Origin: Nostoc sp.
GTDB lineage: Bacteria; Cyanobacteriota; Cyanobacteriia; Cyanobacteriales; Nostocaceae
Direction of reading: 5' to 3'
DNA length: 64,000 nt
Assembly (NCBI GenBank): GCA_036918135.1
Contig: JBALDB010000001.1
Coordinates: forward strand, 137,070 to 201,069
Every line of letters begins with the position of its first letter. Position 1 is the stretch's first letter. Below the pieces are notes generated by a model. The model searched no databases and had not been told where the DNA came from. It saw nothing but the letters and a program-made list of their open reading frames with translations. The position numbers and the translations under genes are program-made. This document shows, in pieces, positions 61,990-64,000 of the stretch.

Positions 61990-62532
61990 GTGAGTGCAGA
62001 AAGTATAGAAATTGCTAAAACCCGTTATCAGACTGGAAAGACTGCCTTTGAAAATGGGCAGTACCGCCAAGCCGTAGAAAATTTAGAAAAGGCAAGCGCC
62101 CTGTTAGTTTGCAATTCTCGTCTTGGGGGTGAAGTAGATATTTGTTTGGTGACTGCTTATGAAGCAGCTGGACGCACTGATGATGCGATCGCTCTTTGCG
62201 AAAGGCTCAAGCGCCACCCGCATTTTGAAATTAGCAAACAAGCACGACGGATGCTTTACATTTTAAAAGCACCAAAGCTGAAAAGACCCAGTGAATGGAT
62301 GACCGAAATCCCAGACTTGGGCGCACTAGCGGACAATGAACTCAAAATTTCTATTGCTGCTAAATCTCCTAAATCTTCTGTGCAGCAGAAGTCTAAACCT
62401 ACGGAGCCAGAAATTGTTGACCTGAGTCAGGTCAATACCAAAGATAATCGCTTTATCTGGGTGGCGCTAATTGCCATTGGTTTAACCATCTCGTACTTAG
62501 TTTGGTTGAGTTTTTCAGGAAACCCAAGCTGA
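61990..62532 (+). CDS. TPR-like protein with C-terminal TM anchor
   Basis: GKTAFENGQYRQAVENLEKA; LYILKAPKL; hydrophobic C-terminus; start uncertain (61969-61990). Confidence 0.8.
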   Translation: MSAESIEIAKTRYQTGKTAFENGQYRQAVENLEKASALLVCNSRLGGEVDICLVTAYEAAGRTDDAIALCERLKRHPHFEISKQARRMLYILKAPKLKRPSEWMTEIPDLGALADNELKISIAAKSPKSSVQQKSKPTEPEIVDLSQVNTKDNRFIWVALIAIGLTISYLVWLSFSGNPS

Positions 62533-62783
62533 TAAGAACTTACATTGAATTCTCATTTAGTATGAGCAGTAATTTCAGCTAAATGTGGAGTTATTCAACC
62601 GAACAAGAATAATAGGCTTCTTAGTAATATTTTGTCCTAATAACTATTTAAGTAAGTTGGCACTACAAAATCAAACTAAGTAAATATTGATGAACTAGGC
62701 TAAAACCCTCTTCCCTCTTGCAAGAACTGCCTTGTCCAACTATAAGTATTAGAACATTAATGTATACCAAAATTATTTAATTT

Positions 62784-63863
62784 TTATAAGCAATAACGAT
62801 ATACATCTGCTGTCATCTTAGCAATGTGTTGCCAATTATACTCTTTAGCTAGCTGGAGGTTATGCTGTCCCATAAAAAATAGTTCCTGGTGCTTATCTAA
62901 AGCAGAATTCATAGTTTTGGTTAAGCCATTTTCATCATCCATCTCATATAAAAATGCCCCTGCATTGTCAAGCACATCTCCAATGCAACCTTTGCGTGGT
63001 GCTATACAGGCTTTACCAAAGGACATTGCTAAAAGTACTGCGCCTGATGTCAAAATCTCTCGATATGGAAAAACAACTACATCACAAGCATTCATGTAAA
63101 GTTGAACTTCATCATTTGGAACAAAGCCAGGAAAAAACTTGATTCTTCGATCGCTAACAATCTTCTGCTTAAGTATATCTGTGATTTCCTCACTATCGTT
63201 GTGAACTCTGCCAGCAATGACTAGTTGAATTGTGTCACTATCTAGTTGATTGAATGTATCTATAAGTTCAAATACTCCTTTGTAGGGACGAATCGAACCA
63301 AGGAAGAGAAAAACAAGATTAGAATCTTTTAAACCTAATCTTTCTCGGGCAGTTGCTTTTTCAATCTTATTTTCGTAAAAGTCTATGTAATTCCCATGTG
63401 GAACAACAAAGACTTTATGTTTATTCCTGATATAAAACTCTTTTATTACCTCTTCTTTTGCTACTTGGCAATGAGTAATAATAGCATTAGATAATTCACC
63501 TATCACAATACTATAAATCCGATCGTAAATAAAGTTTATGCTTTCATGATTCTTAAGGTTATGTACAGTCCAAACAATTTTTATCCCAAACAATTTTAGT
63601 AAAACTAGCTGAAATACAACTATTAATAATTTGAGTATATTAAATTGATTTGGGTATGTGAAGAATGGATCTAACCAATGCAAATGTACAAAATCTGCCT
63701 TCTCACGTAACATTACTAAGGGTAAAAAGAAGGTTGTTGAAGATGAAAGGCTTGGTAGTGCCAATTCAATATCTACTTTTTCTAAATTATTAGTTAGCTG
63801 TGTTATGTAAGGGTTTCCCTCGACATATGCTTTAGGTAGAAAAATCGATTTTATATTTTCCAT
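62784..63863 (-). CDS. Glycosyltransferase family 4
   Basis: NPYI, HLHW, TVHN, PHG, GSIRPYKG, SGAVLLAMSFG; AT-rich. Confidence 0.9.
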   Translation of the reverse strand: MENIKSIFLPKAYVEGNPYITQLTNNLEKVDIELALPSLSSSTTFFLPLVMLREKADFVHLHWLDPFFTYPNQFNILKLLIVVFQLVLLKLFGIKIVWTVHNLKNHESINFIYDRIYSIVIGELSNAIITHCQVAKEEVIKEFYIRNKHKVFVVPHGNYIDFYENKIEKATARERLGLKDSNLVFLFLGSIRPYKGVFELIDTFNQLDSDTIQLVIAGRVHNDSEEITDILKQKIVSDRRIKFFPGFVPNDEVQLYMNACDVVVFPYREILTSGAVLLAMSFGKACIAPRKGCIGDVLDNAGAFLYEMDDENGLTKTMNSALDKHQELFFMGQHNLQLAKEYNWQHIAKMTADVYRYCL

Positions 63864-64000
63864 TTTTCATTTAATATTTTATAAGTCGTTTAAACTGTAC
63901 ATAAGTAATTTGTCAATGTTGTGTCAAGAGGATGTAAACTTTGCGACTGGTTGTAAATTAAAAGTCAACAGTTATCATAAGTTTTTTCACCATATTTAAA

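Noticed and set aside
170..63142. Many 60-200 aa ORFs antisense to or overlapping clear genes (e.g. 44658-45269, 5548-5910, 18601-18918)
   Set aside because: Shadow ORFs of well-supported CDSs with no motifs

Overview
Chromosomal segment of a heterocyst-forming (Nostoc/Anabaena-type) cyanobacterium. The assignment rests on frequent HIP1 octamers (GCGATCGC), STRR heptamer repeats, 4-Cys-prefix Ser/Thr kinases and pentapeptide and RTX proteins. Housekeeping genes (thrC, murF, bcp, iscS, lepA, nfuA-like, GH57, pgm/pmm, argB) frame several accessory blocks. The most striking block is a ~16 kb co-directional carbohydrate-redox cluster (6936-22997). It encodes an FAD/Fe-S GMC sugar dehydrogenase, a VioB-type ferritin-like protein, an orphan dehydrogenase small subunit with no cytochrome c partner, a secreted pentapeptide protein and a signal-peptide-bearing IolE-like dehydratase. 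These are followed by a SnoaL protein, a ketose-epimerase-like TIM barrel, a secreted copper radical oxidase, a DyP peroxidase, a glycogen debranching enzyme and a GH63 glucosidase. I know of no described pathway that matches this cluster. Other accessory items: an RTX protein with variable Tyr-rich loops; a DUF6888/DUF6887-like pair bracketed by ~55-bp direct repeats; an ion/osmotic block (P-type ATPase, MscS, NhaP, RppAB-like two-component system, HPP pseudogene); a 21-bp tandem array; several MITEs; and an IS5 remnant carrying a 21-nt HIP1-targeted insertion. No rRNA, tRNA or CRISPR array was found. All family calls come from motif recognition by eye; no searches were run.
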